From a bacterium (GTDB lineage: Bacteria; Babelota; Babeliae; Babelales; Vermiphilaceae), in the NCBI GenBank assembly GCA_021818945.1, contig JAKASV010000002.1, forward strand, positions 721-64,720: DNA of 64,000 nucleotides, read 5' to 3'. Position 1 is the stretch's first letter, and the number at the start of each line of letters is the position of its first letter. The position numbers and the translations under genes are program-made. The notes beneath the pieces were generated by a model. It had not been told where the DNA came from. It worked only from the letters and a program-made list of their open reading frames with translations, and ran no database searches. Of the stretch, positions 43,265 to 52,093 are shown piece by piece.

Positions 43265-44110
43265 ATGAAATTATTACGCAGTATCGGATTAGTAATTATC
43301 GGCTCACTTCTAGCAATAGGCATATATATAATTCTCATGCGCAACAAAGCGTCAGCATGCGCTTGGCTTGAACACGTAAACAACGTAACAGCCCATCAAA
43401 AATCAGGCCAATTTTCTGTCGTAGACAAAAAAGGAACCTCACTCATATTTGAATGGGAAAAAATTGAGACCAGTAATCCTGCATTTTTACCGAAAATGGA
43501 AAGCTTAAGTGATATCCTTGTGCAAGCATACACACCAGTGACAGTAAAGCTTTTACAAAAACACCCAGAAATCGTTTCCACGGTTACACTCTTCAAGCAG
43601 CTTGAACCATTCTTTAAAAATGGCATAGATTCAATCGACTGGAACATTATTACAGAAAAAATAAAAATCGGGAGTCGTCAATTTTTTGTTAGTGAAGCAG
43701 TTACAGGGTATGGACAACAAGATATCTCTTGGTTTGTTGTCGCCAAAGACAAAGACGAGCCCATAGGATTTGTACAATTTTTACTCAGTCCAGAATTGCA
43801 GTATGGTACTATTCGAGTTAAAAATTTGATGCTTTTGCCGGCAGCCCAACATAGAGGCATTGGAAAGTTGCTCATCAGTTCAATATTTAAAATACTTGCT
43901 TCAGTTGAAATAAAACAAATTATACTGTCAACTTGGCAAGTAAATGAGCAAGCTATTGCTGCGTATACGTCATATGGATTTAAAAAATATGAAGACAAGA
44001 ATCGCATAATCGAACCTGACAGTATTGATGCTTATGAATGTCATTTCAAGTACATAACCGATCAATCCGATCTTTTGCAAAAAGAAGCGGAAAAGCTAAA
44101 GCGTTTTTAA
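43265..44110 (+). CDS. GNAT-family N-acetyltransferase with N-terminal membrane anchor
   Basis: LMLLPAAQHRGIGKLLI (Q/RxxGxG/A) and AIAAYTSYGFKK. Confidence 0.7.
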   Translation: MKLLRSIGLVIIGSLLAIGIYIILMRNKASACAWLEHVNNVTAHQKSGQFSVVDKKGTSLIFEWEKIETSNPAFLPKMESLSDILVQAYTPVTVKLLQKHPEIVSTVTLFKQLEPFFKNGIDSIDWNIITEKIKIGSRQFFVSEAVTGYGQQDISWFVVAKDKDEPIGFVQFLLSPELQYGTIRVKNLMLLPAAQHRGIGKLLISSIFKILASVEIKQIILSTWQVNEQAIAAYTSYGFKKYEDKNRIIEPDSIDAYECHFKYITDQSDLLQKEAEKLKRF

Positions 44111-44233
44111 CATCAAACAAAAATACGTAAAATTGGTTAAGGATGAATTTCTGTCCACCGTAACAGATCATCCAAATAAATGGTATCATAAAGATCATAG
44201 TGCAGCGAAAGCTTTTTTAATGAGGTTCAATGA

Positions 44234-44506
44234 CAATATATACATACTTCAATTTTTCAACAAAAGGTCTGGCATACAATTTCGGAAGTATCTTATGGCG
44301 ATACGATTAGCTACAAAGCATTAGCCAAACAAATTGGGCTACCTACAAGCATTCGTGCTGTCGCCGCCGCAGTTGGGCGAAACCCATTGCTTTTGATTAT
44401 TCCATGCCATCGTATAATTGGAACTGATAAATCACTTGTTGGGTATGCTGGGGGCTTAGAACGCAAAAGATATCTTTTAGACTTGGAACAAAAACTATTT
44501 TCTTAG
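44234..44506 (+). pseudogene. ogt: methylated-DNA-protein-cysteine methyltransferase (Ogt/MGMT) C-domain, with no in-frame start
   Basis: IFQQKVWHTISEVSYGDTISYKALAKQIGLPTSIRAVAAAVGRNPLLLIIPCHRIIG..GGLERKRYLL contains the PCHR active site. The frame opens after TGA at 44231 with no ATG/GTG/TTG near its 5' end. The listed ORF 44133..44324 is in a different frame. Confidence 0.6.
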
Positions 44507-44894
44507 CATTTGTATTTTTTAACTCATGTTCTGATTGTGATATTATGCACCCTTTCACGTTATCCTTGACTTTATCTACCATTAAAACAGTTTATTATGA
44601 AAATTTGAAATAGCTCTAGTCGCTTAAGATAGGAACCTAGATGTGGCCACATTACAGGCCCCAATTTTTGCCAAATGGGCTGGATCATGATGCAATATAA
44701 ATATAATGTTCATGAATTGATATTTTGTAGAAAGAAACGCATAAATTATTTGATCATCAAATTCCAAAATCAATAATATCTAATAGCCATCAGCAGTTGC
44801 CATTGAGATTATCTGTTTACTATGACAAACAAAAGGCTATACATTAAGATTGTAAGCATAGATAAAATACGAAATTGATGAGAAAGTAAAAAAA

Positions 44895-45650
44895 ATGAAA
44901 AAACTGGATACTTTATTAAAGCTTGTGGCAGAGAAAAAAAAACAACTTGATTCTTTGCGTCCTTTGCCGCCAGCATTGATACAAAATTTAGAGCAATGGT
45001 TTGCTATTGAACAAATCTATACTTCAAATGCACTTGAAGGTAATACACTAACAAGACATGAGACAGCATTAGTTATAGAAAAAGGGATAACCGTTGCCGG
45101 AAAACCTCTCAAAGACCATCTCGAGGCAGTTAATTATGCAATTGCACTCCATTTTGTGGGCGATCTTATTCACAAAAAACGGTCCACATTAACCATTACT
45201 GATATTCTCGATATACATAGGATTATCCTAAAATCTATTGATGATGAACATGCCGGTATTTTTAGAAAAATTGCAGTACGTATCAGTGGTTCAACTCTCA
45301 CATTACCTGACCCGATCAAAGTTCCTGATTTAATGAATGAGTTTATCCAATGGCTAACAACGACAGCTGACAGCCCTATCATGATCGCAGCTCAAGCACA
45401 TTATCGCCTTGTATCGATTCACCCGTTTATTGATGGCAACGGTAGAACTGCACGTCTTTTGATGAACTTACTCCTCATTCAAGAAGGTTACCCGCCTGCC
45501 ATTATTCCGATGGAAAAAAGAGCAGCATATCTTGCAGCATTGACAGAGATAGATGCAACGGGAAACTATAAGGATTTTAAAGTCTTGATAACGCAAGCTG
45601 TTGAGCATAGCCTCGATGTATATCTGGAGGCAGCTCAAAAAAGCATATAA
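44895..45650 (+). CDS. Fic-domain protein (AMPylase-type motif) with N-terminal inhibitory-helix motif
   Basis: Canonical HPFIDGNGRTARLL. Upstream is TSNALEGNT, matching (S/T)xxxE(G/N). Confidence 0.85.
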   Translation: MKKLDTLLKLVAEKKKQLDSLRPLPPALIQNLEQWFAIEQIYTSNALEGNTLTRHETALVIEKGITVAGKPLKDHLEAVNYAIALHFVGDLIHKKRSTLTITDILDIHRIILKSIDDEHAGIFRKIAVRISGSTLTLPDPIKVPDLMNEFIQWLTTTADSPIMIAAQAHYRLVSIHPFIDGNGRTARLLMNLLLIQEGYPPAIIPMEKRAAYLAALTEIDATGNYKDFKVLITQAVEHSLDVYLEAAQKSI

Positions 45651-45768
45651 TGCAAAGGAACTTCATGACCAGCGATAAATTACTCATTGCCGTAAGTATT
45701 ATCGCAGGCATTGAACCACTCCATAATCATGTCAGGCACAACAAAATCTACCCGATCGAACAGAAGAA

Positions 45769-46002
45769 TTGAAAAAGATAATTGTTCCAGTTCTTATTAT
45801 TCATGGTCAATATGATTGCTTAAGTTTTCCACGTTTAGTTGAGAAATATTGCGCTGAACTGGTCCCTCATGCTCAATTTCATATAATCCCGGATATGAGC
45901 CACATGATTTTGAATCGAGAATTGTTCGCAGATATATTTGATTATATTGTAAAACAAAACGCCAAAACCGGAGAAAACGATGACCGTAAAGCCAAGCCAT
46001 AA
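45769..46002 (+). pseudogene. alpha/beta-hydrolase C-terminal fragment
   Basis: VPVLIIHGQYDCL...IPDMSHMI (catalytic His region) only. The nucleophile elbow is absent upstream. Confidence 0.5.
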
Positions 46003-46273
46003 AACAGAATTGCTTCGCATCATTCATACATATTTGCCACATTGCAAAGTCTGGTTATTTGGTTCTCGCGCAACGGGCAAGCAACGTCCAGGCTCTGATA
46101 TCGACCTTGCACTTGATAATGGACAAAAGATCTCATGGGGTACAATTACCCGCATGTTGATAGATATTGAGGAAACTACTATACCCATGAAAGTTGATTT
46201 TGTTGATTTATATAGCGTCGATGAAGATTTTAAAAAACAAGCTTTAAGTGAAGGAATATTGTGGACAGATTAA
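45980..46273 (+). CDS. minimal nucleotidyltransferase (MNT, HI0073-like antitoxin)
   Basis: LFGSRATGKQRPGSDIDLAL. Confidence 0.8.
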   Translation: MTVKPSHKTELLRIIHTYLPHCKVWLFGSRATGKQRPGSDIDLALDNGQKISWGTITRMLIDIEETTIPMKVDFVDLYSVDEDFKKQALSEGILWTD

Positions 46274-46668
46274 AAGAAAAGTATACACAATTATTACAAG
46301 CTCTTTCAACTTTGGATGAAAGCATTTCATTATTTCAAGATATTTCTGCCAAGCAATCCGAATCAATTGGCCAGTATAAATATGAACAGCTGTATAGGGC
46401 ATTTAGAGAATCAATGATTCAAAGGTTTGAATTTTGCGCAGAATTATTCTGGAAATATATTAAGCTTTATGTAGAACAGGTCAGTGAGCCGGTTGAATAT
46501 AACGCGCCAACACCAGTAATCAGAATAGCTTTTACCATAGGAATATTAAAGGAACAAGAAGCTGAAGATGCTCTCAAGATGATAAAAGATCGCAGCAGAA
46601 CGCCTCATATATACAAAGAAGAAATAGCCGAACAATTAACCAAAAAATTCCTCAACATTATCAATTGA
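46261..46668 (+). CDS. HEPN-type nucleotidyltransferase substrate-binding protein (HI0074 family toxin)
   Basis: ESMIQRFEFCAELFWKYIK and DRSRTPHIY (Rx4H). It overlaps the MNT gene by 13 nt. Confidence 0.8.
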   Translation: MDRLKEKYTQLLQALSTLDESISLFQDISAKQSESIGQYKYEQLYRAFRESMIQRFEFCAELFWKYIKLYVEQVSEPVEYNAPTPVIRIAFTIGILKEQEAEDALKMIKDRSRTPHIYKEEIAEQLTKKFLNIIN

Positions 46669-46766
46669 TGCATACTGTATTAGAACAATTAGCCAAAAAA
46701 ATAAGCAAACACTAGCGCATTGGAATAAACTAGATCTATAACAACTGATCGTTAACAGGAATTATA

Positions 46767-47540
46767 ATGATATTTATTAGAATGATAAAACTGCTTACGC
46801 CTTGTATTGTCGCTTGTCTTTGCAATCAATTGTATGGAATGGGCATATTTGAAGCAATCAGTGCACGGAGCTTTGAAGATTGTCGTATGATATTAACTGC
46901 TGATCCAAGGCTTCTGGATGCTAGAGATACAAAGGGGCGAACTCCTTTGCATAAAGCAGCATTCTTAGGACTTCATGAAATAGTTGAGCTATGCCTTTCG
47001 ATGGGAGCACCAGTTAATCAAACAACCCCTGAAGGGTTGACTCCTTTGCATTGTGCTGCCGATGGAAATGATCTATATTGTGGAAATTATATGAAAACAA
47101 TAGATGTACTTATATCTCATGGTGCTGATCTAGATATACGCAATAGAGCGGGACAGCGTGCTTCAGATAAAGGTAGAGGTACATTCCTGCTGGGAAGTGC
47201 AAGATGGTTATTGCGCGATTATAGTGACCATATAGATCGTGCCAAAAGGCGAAAGAAAATTATTGGTTCTGTTTTGGCAAGGGCCAAGGATGGCCGCTTG
47301 GGATCTGAAAGTCCCTTGTCTTTGATTCCTCAGTACACGTTGGCTGATATAACTCAACTAGCTGCTGAAGGTGAACTGTATGATGCACATCAGCCACGGG
47401 CTCATGCTCACTTGAAGGTTAGTATGCACAGATGTGCAACTATAACTGGTATCATTCTGGTAGCAGCAATGGTCGTATGCATGCCAGCTTTACTTATGGC
47501 TATTGGCTTTTATCAAGAAAATCATTATAAATCGTCTTGA
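46767..47540 (+). CDS. ankyrin-repeat protein with signal-like N-terminus and C-terminal TM helix
   Basis: GRTPLHKAAFLGLHEIVELCLSMGAPVN and GLTPLHCAA. The C-terminus has ITGIILVAAMVVCMPALLMAIGF. Confidence 0.8.
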   Translation: MIFIRMIKLLTPCIVACLCNQLYGMGIFEAISARSFEDCRMILTADPRLLDARDTKGRTPLHKAAFLGLHEIVELCLSMGAPVNQTTPEGLTPLHCAADGNDLYCGNYMKTIDVLISHGADLDIRNRAGQRASDKGRGTFLLGSARWLLRDYSDHIDRAKRRKKIIGSVLARAKDGRLGSESPLSLIPQYTLADITQLAAEGELYDAHQPRAHAHLKVSMHRCATITGIILVAAMVVCMPALLMAIGFYQENHYKSS

Positions 47541-47612
47541 CGATAGACATTTTATATACAGCATCGTGAAACTCGAAGCTATGGGCAACTAACTAGAAGC
47601 GGTAAAAAGGGA

Positions 47613-47804
47613 ATGCGTGAGACTATGCAAGAACTTCTGGGTAAAGGAGTTGATGTAAATGTACAGGATCAAGATGGCCTCACAGTATTACATATTGTTG
47701 CAAAACAAGAAGACACAGAATTGGCAAGATTTTTAATGGTTCATGGGGCAACTGATAATGCACGTGATAGGTGGGGTCGCACTCCTAGTCAGATGACTCA
47801 TTAA
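47613..47804 (+). CDS. ankyrin-repeat fragment (63 aa)
   Basis: GVDVNVQDQDGLTVLHIVAKQEDTELARFLMVHGA. It is probably a gene remnant. Confidence 0.45.
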   Translation: MRETMQELLGKGVDVNVQDQDGLTVLHIVAKQEDTELARFLMVHGATDNARDRWGRTPSQMTH

Positions 47805-47991
47805 TAGAAGACTTTTAATAACCAAGTCTTGCGACTTAAACATATCCTCATTAAAAAAGCACAACTGACATGCAGCATGACTTCTATACAAAGTAACCGC
47901 CAAAAAGGATCTTCTGCACAATCATAAAGCATTGCCATCACGTTCGAAACGTTGCGGTTATTTGAGAGGATTTAAAGCAAGATAATGTCTA

Positions 47992-48897
47992 TTAATGCAA
48001 TTTTTCCTCTTGCATAAGAATCATCTCTGGGTGCACAAGCCCTTTTGTTATTAATTCAAGAGCGAAGGAACTGGCTTTATCGTAAACCCCCTCCATCTCT
48101 TGAATAAAAGGATTGCTCCCTTTCCACAATGGTACCGATCCTAACTGTTTAATGAGAACCGCTGATATGTCAGGTACTCTATTGTCTGGCATATTGATAG
48201 CAATAGGTTGGCCAGACCAAAAATTATCCAGGTTAAATTCTTGCTGCACAGCAATTTTTTTCTTACTGACAATTTTCTTGGATTGAGCCTTCTTCTTTGT
48301 TATTTCTTTAGAATCGCCCGTTTTTGTCCTTTTTTGTAGAGCTTTCATAAAGTCATCACGATTAAGCCCACGAAAACTAAAAAGCTGGAATGGATCTCGA
48401 TCAATCTCTTCTGCTATCAAATAAAAAACTGCGGCAATATGTTTACAAGGGTTAACATGATCAGGGCAAGAGCAGGACGTATGCAACGATAATTCGGGCA
48501 CCAATTTTACGTCATTACAAATAAAAATTTCCTTCACTTCTTCCGGTACTTGGTTACTAATAAGCTGAGTTGTAATAGCCATAGACTGTGATAATGAAAC
48601 AACGATCGCATCCCAGACCTGTGCAGATATTGGAGGCGTTTCAATTTTTACCGTATAAGTCCCATACGATCCATTAACTCGTGCTTTGATAATTCCACTT
48701 TTAATGGTAACTGAATTCACACTCCCATGACGCGCATAGGATCTACCCCTTGTAAGTCTCTCCGATTCATTAAAACCTTCAATGATTGCAACCCATTGAG
48801 CACCCAGCCAGGTCTTGCCGAATTTTCCCTTGCGGGTTTGAGCTTTGACCCCACCGGTTTTTGGTTTCGAACGGCGATATGCATAAAACCAGCCCAT
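47992..48897 (-). CDS. SWIM zinc-finger protein
   Basis: CSCPDHVNPCKHIAAVFY (CxC..CxH). It lies 1 nt downstream of the SNF2 gene. Confidence 0.8.
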   Translation of the reverse strand: MGWFYAYRRSKPKTGGVKAQTRKGKFGKTWLGAQWVAIIEGFNESERLTRGRSYARHGSVNSVTIKSGIIKARVNGSYGTYTVKIETPPISAQVWDAIVVSLSQSMAITTQLISNQVPEEVKEIFICNDVKLVPELSLHTSCSCPDHVNPCKHIAAVFYLIAEEIDRDPFQLFSFRGLNRDDFMKALQKRTKTGDSKEITKKKAQSKKIVSKKKIAVQQEFNLDNFWSGQPIAINMPDNRVPDISAVLIKQLGSVPLWKGSNPFIQEMEGVYDKASSFALELITKGLVHPEMILMQEEKLH

Positions 48898-48898
48898 G

Positions 48899-51800
48899 CT
48901 AATCTCCTAAAGCATCTTTTGCAAGCGCAAAAAGCTCATGCAACTCTCTATTATTAAGATTTGTAATCCACTGTTCACTACTTGTCACAATCGATTGTGC
49001 CAGCTCCTTTTTTTGCTCAATCATCTCATTTATTCTTTCTTCAAGAGTTCCCATAGTTACAAATTTATGAACTTGCACATTGTTGACCTGACCTATGCGA
49101 AAGGCCCTATCAGTCGCTTGATTCTCAACCGCAGGATTCCACCAACGGTCAAAATGGAAAACATGCTGTGCTTTTGTTAAGTTCAAACCAACACCACCCG
49201 CCTTCAATGACAAGACAAAAAGAGATGGTCCCTGATCTGTCTGAAAATATTCGACCATAGCATCACGATCTTTCTTTGATGTACCACCATGCAAGAAAAG
49301 CGTCTCCTTACAAAAAGTAGTTTCAAGAGAGCTTTTTAATATATCGCCCATTTCTCTAAACTGAGTAAAAATAAGGGCCTTTTCATTATTGGCCAAAATT
49401 TCTTCAAGCATCTCTGTTATACGCATTAATTTTCCTGATCGATCAACTATAGTGTCCCCATCTTTTAAAAAGAGCATGGGATGATCACAAATTTGCTTAA
49501 ATTTCATGAGTGTTGCCAAAATAAGCCCTTTACGCTCAATACCATCAGAACCTGCATTAAGTGCCTTTGACACATCATCTACAATTGCCTTGTACAATGA
49601 AACCTGCTCCTTTGTTAATGTACATAACACATTAGTTTCAATTTTTTCAGGTAGATCTTTTATTATATTTTTATCTGTTTTTAACCGCCGCATAATAAAA
49701 GGACTAGTAATACGCTGTAACTTACGTACAGCCTCTTGATCTTTATTAACAGCTATGGGGACTAAGAACCTTTTCTTAAAATTCGTCTTATTTCCTAAAA
49801 AACCGGGATTCAAAAAATCCATAATCGACCACAGATCACCGACTGAATTTTCAACTGGTGTACCAGTTAAAGCAACACGAAAATCAGCCTTCAACGACTT
49901 GGCTGCTTTTGCCTGCTTGGTTTCTGAATTTTTAATGTTTTGAGCCTCATCAAGAATTAACATGTTCCACTCAACATCTTTGAATAGCTCAAAATCTCTA
50001 TGCAGTAAAGTATAACTTGAAATAACAAGTGCATGGTCACAAGCCTGTTTCTTGAACAGTTCATTTTTTTGACGACTATATCCATGATGAACCATAACGG
50101 GTAAATCAGGAGTAAATCTAGCAGCCTCCTTGAACCAATTCCCTGTCACTGACGTTGGACAAATCAATAATGAAGGGCGGCGCTCATCTGATGGCCAAAC
50201 TTTTTCTAGACAGGCAAGCATTTGCACTGTTTTGCCCAATCCCATATCATCTGCAAGACAAGCACCTAATCTACATTCATATAAGTAATTGAGCCAAGCA
50301 TAGCCATCAAACTGATAATCGCGCAATGTCCCATTAAAAGTATCCGGTACGACAAGAGATTTATTTGGTTTTTTCTGTTCAAGGTTATGCAGCAATTGAT
50401 CAACAGAAGGGCAATGTACAACCCCCTCAAATTTTAGATCATCAAAACTAGATTCCTGAACCCCCAAAGACCACCTAAAAAGATCATTGACTGATGCTTT
50501 TTTTGTATTTTTTAACAGCTCAACAGCACGATTAATCATAGCCGGCTCAATAAAGACCCATTTACCACGAATATTAACAAAGGGCTCTTTGAGTTTTGCT
50601 ATAGCAGTAAGCTCTTTAAGGGTTATATCTGCATCCCCTAAAGATATCTGCCAATCAAAATCAAGTACTGTATTCATATTCAATATACCTAGTGAAACAT
50701 TACTGTTTTTTATAGAGGCACGCACCTTAATGGGTGACTGGGATATCTGCCCTCGTACACACCAGGCAGGAACAATAACATCAAACCCTGTATCTTGCAA
50801 AGCCGGTACACTATGCACCAGAAAATCACATACCTGAGATGGCGAAATCGTACATGAGCCAGGCACAGAACCCTTAAGACTATTAGCCACCTGAGCACTT
50901 ATGCGCGAAGCTCTCCCAAATGCATATAAAAGATACTCATGCGGATCAAAATTATTATTTTGAAAGATTTTTTTTATCTGCCCAGAAGCGTTTAGTGCCT
51001 TATCAACAGGGATCAACAAGCTAGGATCATGTACTGCTTTCAAAAAATATGAAATTGTCCATTCCTGAGCACCCTCCTCTTGGGATATTTTTTTCTTTGT
51101 TTTATGTGTTGTCGTTGCTGATGGCTCTTCAATCTTAAAACATAGAATAAAAGGGGTATCATAGATCATAGCCAATGGCTTGGTCCAGGATTGAAGTTCT
51201 TGCTCAAATGGTTTTATTTTTTTTACGGTGGCATCTACTACTGGATCTCTATCATAGAGAGCATCAATAAAAGCATTGTGGATATTTTTATGCAAAAATC
51301 TATATACGACCGGACATTTATTGCTCACACGAATAACCGCATCAAGCATATAGTGCAACATATTGCTTACTGCGATATCAGAATTTTCAATGACTGGCTG
51401 AGGATTTTCAGAAATTTGTAACCGCAATAATGGTGGCCAAGCTTTTGCAAGTTTTTTTAAAACTTCTTGTGTTTGACCATTTATAATAGGCCGCCAATGA
51501 GCCTGATATTCATTCCCACAGTCATACAGCATAGGTAAAAATTGGTGTCGAATCACAAGATTAGCCGCAACCTTAAAAACTTGACCCAGAAAATGCATCT
51601 CCGACCCAACGACAAGACCCGGCTGAATAATATTTGTATCCAAAGAAGCAACCATTATATCGATAAGTCTTTCAGGGTTTATTTCAATTGCATGTACCAA
51701 CCACGGTTTCAGTTCTTTAATTCCCTCAATCGTATGCCGACTTTCTATCAAAGGACTCGAATAAGCAGGAGTTAATCCAATGGTCGGCAACCACAGCATA

Positions 51801-51997
51801 CTATCTGTCTCGTGCATCTTGAGCTTGCAAGAACTTATATTTATTATAAATTCTTGTAGTTCACTTGCCTTCATCTGATGTGGTAACCGCAATACCTGAG
51901 AGACTTCCCTTTCGCTGTCTATAGGATACTGCAAAGTCGTTGATTCTCCCCATAGAAAAAACTTATTGGCATAGTTAGCAAGATGTATTATTTTCAT
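48899..51997 (-). CDS. SNF2-family DEAD/H helicase with long N-terminal SNF2-associated region
   Basis: LADDMGLGKT, LILDEAQNIKN, LTGTPVEN and WWNPAVENQATDRAFRIGQ. Confidence 0.9.
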   Translation of the reverse strand: MKIIHLANYANKFFLWGESTTLQYPIDSEREVSQVLRLPHQMKASELQEFIINISSCKLKMHETDSMLWLPTIGLTPAYSSPLIESRHTIEGIKELKPWLVHAIEINPERLIDIMVASLDTNIIQPGLVVGSEMHFLGQVFKVAANLVIRHQFLPMLYDCGNEYQAHWRPIINGQTQEVLKKLAKAWPPLLRLQISENPQPVIENSDIAVSNMLHYMLDAVIRVSNKCPVVYRFLHKNIHNAFIDALYDRDPVVDATVKKIKPFEQELQSWTKPLAMIYDTPFILCFKIEEPSATTTHKTKKKISQEEGAQEWTISYFLKAVHDPSLLIPVDKALNASGQIKKIFQNNNFDPHEYLLYAFGRASRISAQVANSLKGSVPGSCTISPSQVCDFLVHSVPALQDTGFDVIVPAWCVRGQISQSPIKVRASIKNSNVSLGILNMNTVLDFDWQISLGDADITLKELTAIAKLKEPFVNIRGKWVFIEPAMINRAVELLKNTKKASVNDLFRWSLGVQESSFDDLKFEGVVHCPSVDQLLHNLEQKKPNKSLVVPDTFNGTLRDYQFDGYAWLNYLYECRLGACLADDMGLGKTVQMLACLEKVWPSDERRPSLLICPTSVTGNWFKEAARFTPDLPVMVHHGYSRQKNELFKKQACDHALVISSYTLLHRDFELFKDVEWNMLILDEAQNIKNSETKQAKAAKSLKADFRVALTGTPVENSVGDLWSIMDFLNPGFLGNKTNFKKRFLVPIAVNKDQEAVRKLQRITSPFIMRRLKTDKNIIKDLPEKIETNVLCTLTKEQVSLYKAIVDDVSKALNAGSDGIERKGLILATLMKFKQICDHPMLFLKDGDTIVDRSGKLMRITEMLEEILANNEKALIFTQFREMGDILKSSLETTFCKETLFLHGGTSKKDRDAMVEYFQTDQGPSLFVLSLKAGGVGLNLTKAQHVFHFDRWWNPAVENQATDRAFRIGQVNNVQVHKFVTMGTLEERINEMIEQKKELAQSIVTSSEQWITNLNNRELHELFALAKDALGD

Positions 51998-52093
51998 TAC
52001 TCGGCTTTTCGTTTAAAACTCTAATCCATTTGACAGGTATTATTGTCCCAAACTTCTATCCAAAGTGCAAATAGTGCATAACATTATTGCATT

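Noticed and set aside
44133-44324. The listed 63-aa ORF as an independent gene.
   Set aside because: Its 3' half is simply the wrong frame of the ogt catalytic domain. At most its 5' part is the displaced N-terminus of a frameshifted ogt.
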